Notes: generated by a model not told the origin, from the sequence alone. A stretch of DNA of 64,000 nt from Thermoanaerobaculia bacterium (GCA_035593605.1 DAOSWS010000005.1:52834-116833); one strand, 5' to 3'; counted from the first letter of the stretch, positions 48,340 to 58,803 are shown. A program made the numbers and translations.

Positions 48340-51030
48340 ATGTCCGATCACGTCTATTTTTTCGGAGGTGGCAAGGCGGACGGCCACGCAGGCATGAAAA
48401 TGGTTCTGGGAGGCAAGGGAGCAAACCTGGCGGAAATGACCAATATCGGGATTCCCGTTCCTCCCGGATTCACAATATCCACGGCGGTCTGCACCTATTT
48501 TAATGAACACCATGGATCCTATCCCACTTCACTGCCTCAGGAAGTGGACAAGGCGCTTTCCAAGCTGGAAAAGCTACAGGGGAAGGGCTTCGGTGATCCG
48601 GAAAACCCGCTGCTCGTATCGGTTCGATCGGGTTCTGCTTTTTCCATGCCCGGAATGATGGACACGATTCTAAATCTGGGGCTGAATACCGACACCGTGC
48701 GTGGATTGATCATCCAGTCCGGAAATGAACGATTTGCATGGGATTGCTATCGCCGGTTCATCCAGATGTATGGAGACGTGGTGCTTGGAGTTCCTCATGC
48801 AAAGTTTGAAATCATTCTGGAAGAAGCCCGCGAAAAAGCGGGTGTCGAAAGCGATGCGGATCTTCCGGCCGATTCTCTCAAGAGAGTTGCGAACCGTTAC
48901 CTTGATCTCGTGAAAAAGGAAACCGGAGAGCATTTCCCTATGGATCCGGAGCGTCAGCTCTGGGGGGCCATCACCGCAGTCTTTAAGTCCTGGAACAACA
49001 AACGGGCCGTTGAATATCGCCGACTGCATCAGATCCCCGATCACCTTGGCACGGCCGTGAATGTCCAGGTCATGGTCTTTGGAAACACAGGGAACGAAAG
49101 CGCAACCGGTGTCGCCTTTACGCGCAACCCGGCCTCGGGGGAGAACGAATTCTACGGCGAGTTTCTGATCAATGCCCAGGGTGAAGATGTGGTTGCCGGT
49201 ATCCGGACTCCCAAGCCGATGGTGGAACTGAACGATTCAATGCCGCAGGTGTACAAGCAGCTTGAAAACGTGCGGCACAAGCTCGAATCCCACTACAAGA
49301 ACATGGAAGACCTCGAGTTTACCATCGAACACAAAAAGCTCTATATCCTGCAGACCCGCCACGGGAAGCGGACAGGGCAGGCTGCGATCAAAATTGCCGT
49401 CGACATGGTCAATGAATCACTGATTGAGCCGAAGGATGCGATAAGGCAGGTGGATCCGGCCATTCTGGTTCATCTTCTCTCCCCCGTATTTGATCTCGAT
49501 GAAAAGGAAAAGGCCCTTACGGAGGGAAGGCTGCTCGGGAAGGGATTGAACGCCGGCCCGGGAGCTGCTGCCGGGAAGATTGTCTTTACGGCGGAGAAAG
49601 CCGTGGAAATGGCGGCAAAGAAGGAGCAGGTCATCCTCGTACGCACCGAGACATCACCCGAGGATATTGCGGGGATGAATGCGGCTCGCGGAATCCTGAC
49701 TTCACGGGGCGGCATGACCTCACACGCGGCCGTTGTTGCCCGGGGAATGGGGAAACCCTGCGTTGTCGGGTTTGGAGAAATGGATGTTGACGAAGAGAAA
49801 AGAGTAGCCAAAATTAAGGGTATTACCCTGAAAGAGGGAGATTCCATCTCCATCGACGGCACTACGGGTGAGATCCTCAAGGGAAATATCAAAACAAAGC
49901 CGAGCGAAATCCTTCAGGTTCTGGTTCACGGAACGCTTAAAGAAGAAGATGCACCTCTTTATCAGTACTACAAGACCTTCATGGAGTGGGTGAAAGACAA
50001 CCGGCGGCTTAACGTTCGGACCAATGCCGATACGCCCTACGACTCCGACGTGGCCCGCAGGCTGGGAGCCGAAGGAATTGGTCTTTGCAGAACAGAGCAC
50101 ATGTTTTTTGCCGAAGACCGAATTCAGGCTGTCCGTGAAATGATCCTTTCGGAGACGACCGAAGACCGGGAAAAGGCGCTCGCCAAGATTGAACCGATGC
50201 AGGAAGAGGATTTTATAGGGATTTTCAAGGCCATGGACGGTCTCCCCGTGACGATTCGTCTCCTGGATCCGCCATTGCACGAATTTCTGCCCCATGAACC
50301 TGAAATCGTGGCCAAGGTGGCCAAAGAGATGAAGGTAAAGGCGGAAGAAGTGGAAGCCAAGGTGGAACAGCTGGCGGAAATGAACCCGATGCTGGGGCAT
50401 CGGGGATGCCGTCTGGGCGTCACCTTCCCCGAGATCTACGCCATGCAGGTCCGGGCCATCATCCGCGCGGCCTGCAAGGTCCAGAAAGAGGGCGTAGCCG
50501 TTCTCCCTGAGATTATGATTCCCCTGGTCGGGATCCGCAACGAATTTGACGTTATGGCGGAAATGACCCGTGCGGTTGCTTCGCAGATTATGGATGAAGA
50601 GCAGGAAAAGGTCGCCTACCTGGTGGGTACGATGATGGAAATCCCGCGTGCCTGCCTCGTTGCGGACCAGATAGCGCGGAAAGCCGAGTTTTTCTCCTTT
50701 GGAACCAATGACCTCACGCAGATGACCTTTGGATTCTCCCGGGACGACATCAATAAATTCCTTCCGGATTACCTCGATAAGGGCATCCTCCTGCAGGATC
50801 CCTTCGCCTCTCTGGATCAGGAAGGTGTCGGTCAGCTTGTGGAAATGGGAACCACCAAAGGAAGGGAGGGCCGGGAAAATCTGAAGGTCGGTGTCTGTGG
50901 AGAGCATGGGGGAGACCCGCACTCGGTCTATTTCTTCCATAAAGTCGGGTTAAACTATGTTTCCTGCTCTCCATACCGGGTTCCTGTGGCTTTACTGGCC
51001 GCGGCCCGTGCCCATTGCGAGGAATCGTAA
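48340..51030 (+). CDS. ppdK: pyruvate, phosphate dikinase
   Basis: MSDHVYFFGGGKADGHAGMKMVLGGKGANLAEM N-terminus. Phosphohistidine region (GGMTSHAAVVARGMG). PEP-utilising C-terminal domain. 896 aa. Confidence 0.9.
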   Translation: MSDHVYFFGGGKADGHAGMKMVLGGKGANLAEMTNIGIPVPPGFTISTAVCTYFNEHHGSYPTSLPQEVDKALSKLEKLQGKGFGDPENPLLVSVRSGSAFSMPGMMDTILNLGLNTDTVRGLIIQSGNERFAWDCYRRFIQMYGDVVLGVPHAKFEIILEEAREKAGVESDADLPADSLKRVANRYLDLVKKETGEHFPMDPERQLWGAITAVFKSWNNKRAVEYRRLHQIPDHLGTAVNVQVMVFGNTGNESATGVAFTRNPASGENEFYGEFLINAQGEDVVAGIRTPKPMVELNDSMPQVYKQLENVRHKLESHYKNMEDLEFTIEHKKLYILQTRHGKRTGQAAIKIAVDMVNESLIEPKDAIRQVDPAILVHLLSPVFDLDEKEKALTEGRLLGKGLNAGPGAAAGKIVFTAEKAVEMAAKKEQVILVRTETSPEDIAGMNAARGILTSRGGMTSHAAVVARGMGKPCVVGFGEMDVDEEKRVAKIKGITLKEGDSISIDGTTGEILKGNIKTKPSEILQVLVHGTLKEEDAPLYQYYKTFMEWVKDNRRLNVRTNADTPYDSDVARRLGAEGIGLCRTEHMFFAEDRIQAVREMILSETTEDREKALAKIEPMQEEDFIGIFKAMDGLPVTIRLLDPPLHEFLPHEPEIVAKVAKEMKVKAEEVEAKVEQLAEMNPMLGHRGCRLGVTFPEIYAMQVRAIIRAACKVQKEGVAVLPEIMIPLVGIRNEFDVMAEMTRAVASQIMDEEQEKVAYLVGTMMEIPRACLVADQIARKAEFFSFGTNDLTQMTFGFSRDDINKFLPDYLDKGILLQDPFASLDQEGVGQLVEMGTTKGREGRENLKVGVCGEHGGDPHSVYFFHKVGLNYVSCSPYRVPVALLAAARAHCEES

Positions 51031-51072
51031 TCCAACGGACGCCGGAGTATTTCCTGAGGTAGAGGGGTAGAT

Positions 51073-52773
51073 ATGGGTAATATACGTCTACTTCCTGACC
51101 ATCTCATCAATCAGATCGCAGCCGGGGAGGTTGTGGAACGGCCTGCCTCGGTCCTGAAAGAAGTCCTGGAAAATGCCGCGGATGCGGAAGCCTCCTCCAT
51201 TACGATCCGATTCAGCCAGGGAGGGCGATCCCTGATCCAGGTCGAAGATAACGGGACCGGTATGGGCAGGGAAGACGCTCTGTTAGCCCTGGAACGGCAC
51301 GCGACAAGCAAAATTACTTCGGTTGATGACCTGCTCCGGCTGGCAACGCTGGGCTTTCGTGGAGAAGCCCTTCCCTCCATCGCTTCCGTGTCTCGAATGA
51401 CGCTGCTGACGAGTGACGGATCGGGAGAAGGGACGCGAGTTCAGATCGACGGCGGCCGGATTACGAGTGTCGAACCCGCGTATCGTGAACGGGGAACCAC
51501 CGTAACCGTCAGGGATCTCTTCTTTAACTTACCCGGCAGGAGAAAGTTCCTTCGGAGTCCCGCGACGGAGACCCGCCATTTGTGGCGAATCATCCAGGGA
51601 GCCGCCCTGCCCAACCCTCAACTGGGATTCAAAGTCTACGATGGAAACGACCTTGCGGCGGATCTTCCTGCGGCGGAGTCTCTCCAGACCCGGATGTCGG
51701 ATCTTTACGGGGAAAGTCTGTTCAAGGATCTCGTCACCCTGGAATCAAGCCAGGGCCCCTGCTCCGCCGTCCTCTTTACCGCGAGAGAGCATTCCCAGTT
51801 CCACGGAGCTCACATCCAGTTTGCCTTTGTGAATCGGCGTCATGTGAGGGACCGCTTCGTTACCGGAGCCCTTTTGTCCCGGATCAAAAAGGTCTTTCCC
51901 CACCACCCTCAGCCGGTCTATCTGCTCTTTCTCGATCTTCCTGCGGAAGAAGTTGATTTCAACGTCCACCCGGCCAAGCTGGAAGTCCGGTTCCGGGATA
52001 CTGCGACACTTTTTACTCTCATGGATCGGTTCGTAGAGGGAAAAGTCGGTCAGATTACCGCACCCGGCCCGATTCCGGTGGTTCAGGGGCCAAAGGCGGG
52101 ATTCCATGGGATACCTTCGTCTCGATCCACCTCAGTCCCTTCCACTCCCGGCTTTCGCTCCGCCATGACCCGATTCGGGGAAGAGCTGAAAGAGCACTTT
52201 CAACACTCTATTTCACCGGACCTTCCGTTCCGGTATATCGGATCCTTCCGCGATGCCTTTCTCCTCTTTGATCATGAAAATGAACTGAAACTGGTCGATC
52301 AGCACGCGGCCCATGAGCGTATTCTCTATGAACGGTTGCTCCGGGGAATGGCAGACGGAGAAACAGGGAAGCAGCATCTTTTGCCTCCTGTGACCATTGA
52401 GCTCCTTCCTGAGGAACGGTCTATGGTTAAGGAAGCCACTGACGACCTGACAGAAATGGGGTTTGAAGTCGAAATATTCGGGGATCGAACCCTGAGCCTG
52501 CGTGCCCATCCAATCGGAATGACAAAGAGCGAATCGGTTGAGTTCATTCGAGCCTATCTCCGGGAATCGAAAGGGGACAGAAATACCCGGACAATTGCTT
52601 CGCTTGCCTGCCGGAGCGCCATCAAGATCCATTCTCCGCTTGCACCGGAAAAGGCCATCGAGCTCTACCGGAACCTGCTGGCCTGCGAGGATCCCCACCA
52701 CTGCCCGCATGGACGGCCGACCATCCTGGTTCTAAGCCAGGACCAGCTCTTCGCCTACTTCAAGCGCACCTGA
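51073..52773 (+). CDS. mutL: DNA mismatch repair protein MutL
   Basis: GHKL ATPase N-terminus (LPDHLINQIAAGEVVERPASVLKEVLENAADA). C-terminal dimerisation domain. 566 aa. Confidence 0.9.
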   Translation: MGNIRLLPDHLINQIAAGEVVERPASVLKEVLENAADAEASSITIRFSQGGRSLIQVEDNGTGMGREDALLALERHATSKITSVDDLLRLATLGFRGEALPSIASVSRMTLLTSDGSGEGTRVQIDGGRITSVEPAYRERGTTVTVRDLFFNLPGRRKFLRSPATETRHLWRIIQGAALPNPQLGFKVYDGNDLAADLPAAESLQTRMSDLYGESLFKDLVTLESSQGPCSAVLFTAREHSQFHGAHIQFAFVNRRHVRDRFVTGALLSRIKKVFPHHPQPVYLLFLDLPAEEVDFNVHPAKLEVRFRDTATLFTLMDRFVEGKVGQITAPGPIPVVQGPKAGFHGIPSSRSTSVPSTPGFRSAMTRFGEELKEHFQHSISPDLPFRYIGSFRDAFLLFDHENELKLVDQHAAHERILYERLLRGMADGETGKQHLLPPVTIELLPEERSMVKEATDDLTEMGFEVEIFGDRTLSLRAHPIGMTKSESVEFIRAYLRESKGDRNTRTIASLACRSAIKIHSPLAPEKAIELYRNLLACEDPHHCPHGRPTILVLSQDQLFAYFKRT

Positions 52774-52794
52774 TCTTTTCCCATCACTAGAGAT

Positions 52795-52824
52795 AAAAAA
52801 AACACCCCGGCATTGCCGGGGCGT
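52795..52824. terminator. rho-independent terminator (strong on - strand, weaker on + strand)
   Basis: CCCCGGCAATGCCGGGG stem flanked by AAAAAAAA (a T8 run on the minus strand, right after the stop of the 52846-58509 gene). Also lies 3' of mutL. Confidence 0.8.
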
Positions 52825-52845
52825 TGAAGTTTAATGATCTGGAAG

Positions 52846-55800
52846 TCAATTACAGGTAAAGGTGACCTGTATTTTCCAGGTTCCCCCGTCGTTGTACTTG
52901 TTGAGATAGATCGTGCAGTTCCCGACGAGCTCGTAGAAAACCAGCGGCCGTCCGTTGTCGGTCAGAACAGTAGGATCCGGGTCGACGTAGGGTGAGGTGA
53001 TATCGGCGGCGTAAAAGTCGTCGTCATCTTCGGAGCCGTTGGCTTCCATCATCGAGCCTTCCCCTTCGTCGGCAACCATGTTCGCCCCGGAGGGATCAAG
53101 GGCCGGGTCAGCAGGATGGGTCTGCACAAAGATCGCGTTCAAGGCTGTGGAGAGGGGATTCGTAGAAGCAATCTCGTCATTCCGGAGAAGGTCGGGAATC
53201 GGGATCGGTCCCGAATCGGGATCTAGGTAGTCGGGAATCCCGTCGTTATCCTGGTCGTCATCACTCCAGTCTCCATTCCCGTTGGTGTCCTCCTCCGAGG
53301 TGTCATAGCCGTCCCCGTCGTCATCCACATCCTGAAAGTCGGGTTTCCCGTCCGTGTCGGTGTCCTGAAGGGTCGCCGGGGTCGTCTCGTAGGAGTCATC
53401 CAGGCCGTTTCCGTTTGTGTCGGTAATCGTGTCGATCTGACCGTCGCCATTCGAGTCCACGACCGTCGTATTGTCGTTCACGCCGTCATGATCCGCGTCG
53501 TTCCCCTCGATCAGGTCTTCCACCCCGTCTCCGTCGGCATCAAGGTCCTGAAAGTCCGGGCTGCCGTCCCCGTCGGTGTCGACGGGCTTGGTTCCCAGAT
53601 CACTGTCTCCCGCTTCGTCCGCGTCGGGGATCCCGTCGTTGTCACAGTCCAGGTCGAGGTAGTTGGGTACTCCATCCCCGTCGAAGTCTCCGAAGGATTC
53701 GTCCTCGTCGGAGATCGTGTCCCCGTCGGAGTCCAGGTCCAGGTAGTTGGGAATTCCATCCCCGTCCGGGTCGCCCAGGCCTTCCTGACCGTCCGAGATT
53801 CCATCATCGTCGCTATCGGGGTCCCTGAAGTCGGGGATCCCGTCTCCGTCGGTGTCCACCGGGGGTGTGTCCGGGTTCCCGTCGCCCCCTTCCACGGAAT
53901 CGGGGATCCCGTCGTTGTCCGAGTCAAGGTCCAGGTAGTCGGGAATCCCATCGCCATCCGTGTCCCCCGCACCCTCATCGCTGTCGTAAATCCCGTCCCC
54001 GTCACTGTCCAGGTCCTGGTCGTTGGGGATCCCGTCTCCGTCCTGGTCATCCAGCGGGGCCGAATTCTCCGTCACGTCAGGAATCCCATCGTTGTCACTG
54101 TCCGTAAGGGCGTCGGGATCCAGAAAGTCGGGCTGTGTATCCCCGTCGCCGTCTCCCGTCCCTTCAATCCGATCAGGAATCCCGTCGTCATCGGAGTCCG
54201 GATCCAGGTAGTTGGGAATTCCATCACTATCCGTGTCGTCCCCGATCGGGCTCGTGTCTCCCCCGAAGCGGTCGTATTCGTTTGCGGTGGGGATCCCGTC
54301 GTTGTCATCGTCAGTGTCAAGGAAATCGGGATTGCCATCATTGTCGCTGTCCTGCAGTGCCGCCGGTGTCGTCTCATAGGTGTCATCCAGGCCGTTGCCG
54401 TTCGCATCGGTGATCGTGTCGATTCGGCCGTCGTTGTCGGCATCGGTCACGCCGGTGTTGTCATTGGCGCCATCCTGGTCGGCATCGTTCCCTTCGATCA
54501 GGTCCCACACGCCGTCGCCATCACTGTCCAGGTCGAGGTAGTTGGGAATTCCGTCTCCATCAAAATCTCCCGCTCCCTCCGCTGCATCCGGAATCCCGTC
54601 GTTGTCACTGTCAAGATCGAGATAGTCCGCGACGCCGTCCCCGTCACTGTCCCCCGATCCTTCTGTTACGTCAGAGATCCCGTCCCCGTCGCTGTCCGTT
54701 GGTACGTCGGGATCCAGAAAGTCCGGCGATCCGTCTGTGTCGGAGTCCGCCGTACCCTCAATCTGGTCCGGAAGTCCATCCGCGTCGGAGTCCAGGTCCA
54801 GGTAGTTGGGTATGCCATCCCCATCGTAATCATCGGTCCCGGTTCCGCTGTCTTCCACGCTGTCCGGAATCCCGTCGCCGTCGGAGTCGGGATCCAGGAA
54901 ATTGGGAATCCCGTCCCCGTCGATATCCCCGGTGCCTTCGATACTGTCGGGAATGCCGTCCCCGTCGGAGTCGTCATCGATGTAGTTCCCCAGCCCGTCT
55001 CCGCCATCCGCTGTGTCCCCTGTATGTTCCGTAGCGTCGGGGATGCCGTCGCTATCGGAGTCGAGGTCGAGGTAATTGGGGTTCCCGTTGGAGTTCGTGT
55101 CATCATCTGTGGGATCGCCGTTCCCGTTGGCGTCTTCGTCCGCCGTGGGGATGCTGTCCCCGTCATCGTCCGGATCGAGATAGTCAGGGAGGGTATCGCC
55201 GTCGAAGTTCTGCGTAACGGCCGGCGTGCCTCCTTCGCTGGGGTCGTAGTGGTCGTCCCACCCGTCTCCGTCTGCGTCGGTGATTGTGTCGATCCTGCCG
55301 TCATTGTCCGCGTCGGTAACTGCATAGTCGGTAACACCGTCAAAGTTTGCATCATTGCCTTCGATAAGGTCCCACACTCCGTCGCCGTCCGAGTCCAGGT
55401 CGAGGTAGTTCGGAATTCCGTCCCCGTCGGCATCTCCCGTTCCTTCCACTGCGTCCGCAATCCCATCGTTGTCCGCATCCAGATCTGGAGTGTCGGCAAT
55501 TCCGTCCCCGTCGGTGTCAGGTTCCAGTACGAAGTCATCCATGGCGGCCGCGTCCGGATCCGTTGGGGAATAAAGGGGCGGGATCGGTGCCCCGGTGGGA
55601 TAGATCACTGCGTGCCAGGTTCCTTCCGAGCCCAGGCTCGAACCGTCGACGCTCGTCGACAGCTCACCTGATCCGTTGGTGATCACGGTCTGGGTGAGTA
55701 CGAGGGTTCCGTCTTCATCGTAGTACACCACCGTATACGACGTTGTGGGCAGGAGGGGACTTCCGTAAAGATAGATCGTATCGGCCAGCGTAAAGTAATC

Positions 55801-58509
55801 TTCAGGGTCGGTCCAGGAGGCATCGGCGTAGGAAGCCAGGGCCGTGCCCACCGGGATGGGGAAGGTGGCCGTGGCGATCGTGTTGTCGCAGGACCCCAGC
55901 CAGTAGACCTGAATCGTGTAGATTCCCTCTACCGGGAAGGATACGTTGTTGACCGAGACTGTCTCCGTGGCCGAATCGCCCGCTGCAATCGTGTGGGGCA
56001 GGGTGATCCTTGTGAACAGGGCCGAATCATAGGAGGAAAAGGTCCCGGAGGAAGTAAGGTATTGTGTGCCATCCGGGTTGATGACCCGGTAGCGGTATGT
56101 GGTGTCGTAATAGACGGCTCCCGTGGATGTGTTATTGAATGTAGCCGTCACGGTGAGGTTGTTGCCCGTCAGGCTGTACGAGGCCCGGTTCGTCGTGATC
56201 GGACCGATTGTCGACGGTGTGGCGGCAGGGTCAAGGGTGATGAGAATCGTGTCAAGAAGCGTGCCGGACTGGTAGAGTCGAACCGTCCAGGTACCCAGCG
56301 TGTCTGTCGAGGTGAAGGTGTACTCGTCCAGGGCGTCCCCGCTTCCGTCCGTCGGTACCGTGTGGGACTGGATCGCCGTACTCGAAGAGGGGGGGAAGAT
56401 GTCGATCCGGTATGTGGTCGTCGTCGACAGGGTCAGCGATGCCCCCTGCAGGTATACCGTGTCACACCGGGCAAAGAAGGTCTGGGAGATCGTGCGGTTA
56501 GGATCAGCATACGCGGCAATGTAGCTGACCGTGAGCTGGTCCGTGACTGCCGCCGTGGCTCCAGTGCCCGACGTCGCCGTCACTGTGGTCGAGTTCTGCA
56601 CGGGATAACTGGTCGGGGCCAGATCGGGAACGATGATCTCCACCACAAGGTCCATTTCCCCACCATACGCAGGAAGGGAAAACGTACCTGTAATCTGGTT
56701 TCCATCGGACGGGTTTCCGTCCCCGTCCGGATCGGTGTAATACCGGACCGTCCATCCCTGCGTCGAGGTCTGGCTCAGCGTGATCGTTTCGGATGTAATC
56801 CAGGAATTGATCAGCGTGTGGGCAAAGAAGACCGAACGGCTGTCCCCGCTGAACTTGTTTGTGTTATTTGAAAAGAGGTAGGAAGGGGTCAAGGTCAGAC
56901 GGCTCCGGATCGTTGTCGTGAGCTGAGCGTCATCCGACGTGCCGTAAATGTCGCCTACGGCTGTAACGGAGGTTACATCCACGTCGTTCAGAGTTCCTGA
57001 ATAGACCCGTACACGGAAGGTTACCGGTGTGCCGTTGAAGACCGTCCCGAAATCGGGATAGCCGTTACTGTTCGTGTCATATCCGCTCTGGATCGATTCA
57101 AAGCTCCCGTCCCCGTTTGTGTCCTCCGCGACAAGGGCCCCGCCTCCGGTGTAGATCTGCAGGCGGTAGCCGAGAGACGAAAGGACGTACAGATCAAAAA
57201 CGTCGTCCAGACCGTTATTGGTCAGCGTCAATGTGTACTCGGCATATTGCCCCACGGCGGCTGCCCCTGTCTGGAGTGACGGCTGGAGTGTAACCTGGCC
57301 AATTCCTGTGATGTCGGTGACTGAATCGTACGAGTCCAGAGGCTCGGTCAGCGAAATTGCGGTAAGGATCGTTGTGTCGATCACGTCCGTGATCCCGGCC
57401 GCGGCCGTCAGTTCCAGGCGCAGGGAAAAGGTGTTTCCGGGAGAGGCCGTTGTCAGAATCGGCGTGTCGGGGCGTGTGTCCCCCGTTCCGGAATCGCTGT
57501 TATACACAGGGTTGACGTAGTCCCAGTCCCCGTCTCCATCGGTGTCCGAGGCCATCAGGGTGTTCGTGCCGTCATCGTAAAGATCGGCCGGAAGAGCCAG
57601 GCTGGAGGAAATCTCAAAGTTGTACTCGTCGTCCAGCGTGCCTGTGTTTTTGCAGGTATGGTAATAGGTAATCGTTGCGGGATTCCCCGGCGCCACCGTC
57701 TGGGATTCGTTGTCATAAAGATCCACCAGGTAAAAGGCGAAGGAGCCGATCCCTCCGTCTGGACCGCCGAGGTTGTCGTCAATCTGCGCCGGAACCGTGC
57801 CTCCGTTGGAATTGTTGCTGGAGGAAACGTGAAAGTAGACCGGCGTCCCGGCGGGGACCCCCAGGTTTGTCCAGGGAAGGCGGCATTCGAAGCCGCGGCC
57901 GTCGGCAAAGCCGCCGATTGTGTTGGTATAGATCGTGACAGGAGGATAGGGCGCCTTGGTGTAGAGTGTTCCCGGCAGTGTATAACCGTCAGCGTACCCG
58001 GAGGCATCCACGAGGCTGTCCCCGTTGGTGTCATCCACGGCGTTATAGGTGAAGAGGTACGCTTCCGTGTTCCGGTTGGAACCATTAAGGACAACCTGAA
58101 AGACCTTTTCCCCGTCGTTCATACGCTTGTTCCGGCTGGTATCGCAGTAAAAATAGTAGGTCTGCGTGTTGGTAGAACTTCCGTACCGGGATACGTACAT
58201 GTAGATATTGGAGCCGTCATATGTCCAGGCAAAACGGTTCAGGTCCCGTCCCGAAATGTTTGTATTATTCGTGCAGTCCCGGTCCAGGGGCGGAACGTTG
58301 CACTGTGGAGAAAACTCTCCGTCGTTCGTCACCTGGAGCGGATTGGAAAGGATCGGAGCCCAGTCCGTTGCCACGCCATCCACGGTGATCGTCTTCAGGG
58401 TCGGTCCGGCCGCAAAGAGTGACAGCGCGGTGAGAATCATCAGAAGTACAAAAACCGAACATCGATACAAAAATGCGCCTGCCAGTACATGTGATTTCAT
58501 AAAATTCAT
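52846..58509 (-). CDS. giant secreted calcium-binding repeat protein (thrombospondin type-3-like Asp-rich repeats) with conserved C-terminal tail
   Basis: Signal peptide. About 950-aa beta-rich N-terminal region. Then dozens of D-x-D-x-DG-(I/V)-x-D/DLDSDGDGIPD repeats of TSP3/OmpA-associated type. C-terminal …PLVFYEL…KIQVTFTCN. 1887 aa. Confidence 0.7.
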   Translation of the reverse strand: MNFMKSHVLAGAFLYRCSVFVLLMILTALSLFAAGPTLKTITVDGVATDWAPILSNPLQVTNDGEFSPQCNVPPLDRDCTNNTNISGRDLNRFAWTYDGSNIYMYVSRYGSSTNTQTYYFYCDTSRNKRMNDGEKVFQVVLNGSNRNTEAYLFTYNAVDDTNGDSLVDASGYADGYTLPGTLYTKAPYPPVTIYTNTIGGFADGRGFECRLPWTNLGVPAGTPVYFHVSSSNNSNGGTVPAQIDDNLGGPDGGIGSFAFYLVDLYDNESQTVAPGNPATITYYHTCKNTGTLDDEYNFEISSSLALPADLYDDGTNTLMASDTDGDGDWDYVNPVYNSDSGTGDTRPDTPILTTASPGNTFSLRLELTAAAGITDVIDTTILTAISLTEPLDSYDSVTDITGIGQVTLQPSLQTGAAAVGQYAEYTLTLTNNGLDDVFDLYVLSSLGYRLQIYTGGGALVAEDTNGDGSFESIQSGYDTNSNGYPDFGTVFNGTPVTFRVRVYSGTLNDVDVTSVTAVGDIYGTSDDAQLTTTIRSRLTLTPSYLFSNNTNKFSGDSRSVFFAHTLINSWITSETITLSQTSTQGWTVRYYTDPDGDGNPSDGNQITGTFSLPAYGGEMDLVVEIIVPDLAPTSYPVQNSTTVTATSGTGATAAVTDQLTVSYIAAYADPNRTISQTFFARCDTVYLQGASLTLSTTTTYRIDIFPPSSSTAIQSHTVPTDGSGDALDEYTFTSTDTLGTWTVRLYQSGTLLDTILITLDPAATPSTIGPITTNRASYSLTGNNLTVTATFNNTSTGAVYYDTTYRYRVINPDGTQYLTSSGTFSSYDSALFTRITLPHTIAAGDSATETVSVNNVSFPVEGIYTIQVYWLGSCDNTIATATFPIPVGTALASYADASWTDPEDYFTLADTIYLYGSPLLPTTSYTVVYYDEDGTLVLTQTVITNGSGELSTSVDGSSLGSEGTWHAVIYPTGAPIPPLYSPTDPDAAAMDDFVLEPDTDGDGIADTPDLDADNDGIADAVEGTGDADGDGIPNYLDLDSDGDGVWDLIEGNDANFDGVTDYAVTDADNDGRIDTITDADGDGWDDHYDPSEGGTPAVTQNFDGDTLPDYLDPDDDGDSIPTADEDANGNGDPTDDDTNSNGNPNYLDLDSDSDGIPDATEHTGDTADGGDGLGNYIDDDSDGDGIPDSIEGTGDIDGDGIPNFLDPDSDGDGIPDSVEDSGTGTDDYDGDGIPNYLDLDSDADGLPDQIEGTADSDTDGSPDFLDPDVPTDSDGDGISDVTEGSGDSDGDGVADYLDLDSDNDGIPDAAEGAGDFDGDGIPNYLDLDSDGDGVWDLIEGNDADQDGANDNTGVTDADNDGRIDTITDANGNGLDDTYETTPAALQDSDNDGNPDFLDTDDDNDGIPTANEYDRFGGDTSPIGDDTDSDGIPNYLDPDSDDDGIPDRIEGTGDGDGDTQPDFLDPDALTDSDNDGIPDVTENSAPLDDQDGDGIPNDQDLDSDGDGIYDSDEGAGDTDGDGIPDYLDLDSDNDGIPDSVEGGDGNPDTPPVDTDGDGIPDFRDPDSDDDGISDGQEGLGDPDGDGIPNYLDLDSDGDTISDEDESFGDFDGDGVPNYLDLDCDNDGIPDADEAGDSDLGTKPVDTDGDGSPDFQDLDADGDGVEDLIEGNDADHDGVNDNTTVVDSNGDGQIDTITDTNGNGLDDSYETTPATLQDTDTDGKPDFQDVDDDGDGYDTSEEDTNGNGDWSDDDQDNDGIPDYLDPDSGPIPIPDLLRNDEIASTNPLSTALNAIFVQTHPADPALDPSGANMVADEGEGSMMEANGSEDDDDFYAADITSPYVDPDPTVLTDNGRPLVFYELVGNCTIYLNKYNDGGTWKIQVTFTCN

Positions 58510-58780
58510 CCTTTCGTAACAGCCTTAATCTGATAGACCGGACTGAAGTCTTTGGTTGTCCTTTGTCTCGAATTGTCGAGATTGAATACTCCAAACAACT
58601 TCGCAGTAAGGAATATTTCCTCTTTTCCCGAGTCTTGACACCTTTCGGCAACGATAAACCGGATAGATATCAAAACATATAGTTATGCAATACGTATGCC
58701 ATATTGGGGATTTAGTCAGGATAAGTGCAGGAAACAAGAAGAAAAATCTTGGAAAATTGATCAGGTAAGTAGTATCGAAA

Positions 58781-58803
58781 ATGGCGTTTTTGAAAAACGC
58801 CAT
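58781..58803. promoter_or_regulatory. perfect 11-1-11 palindrome ATGGCGTTTTTGAAAAACGCCAT in an intergenic region
   Basis: Read directly from the sequence. Lies in the 395-nt AT-rich spacer between the two giant genes, about 275 nt upstream of the 58509 start. Confidence 0.4.

Noticed and set aside
53488-55671. 727-aa plus-strand ORF, with several further 80-290-aa ORFs, inside the TSP3-repeat gene
   Set aside because: Antisense to a gene with a signal peptide and coherent repeats. The sense strand is GAC/GAT-rich, so the antisense is stop-free. The antisense translation is low-complexity V/P/R/G and has no start context.
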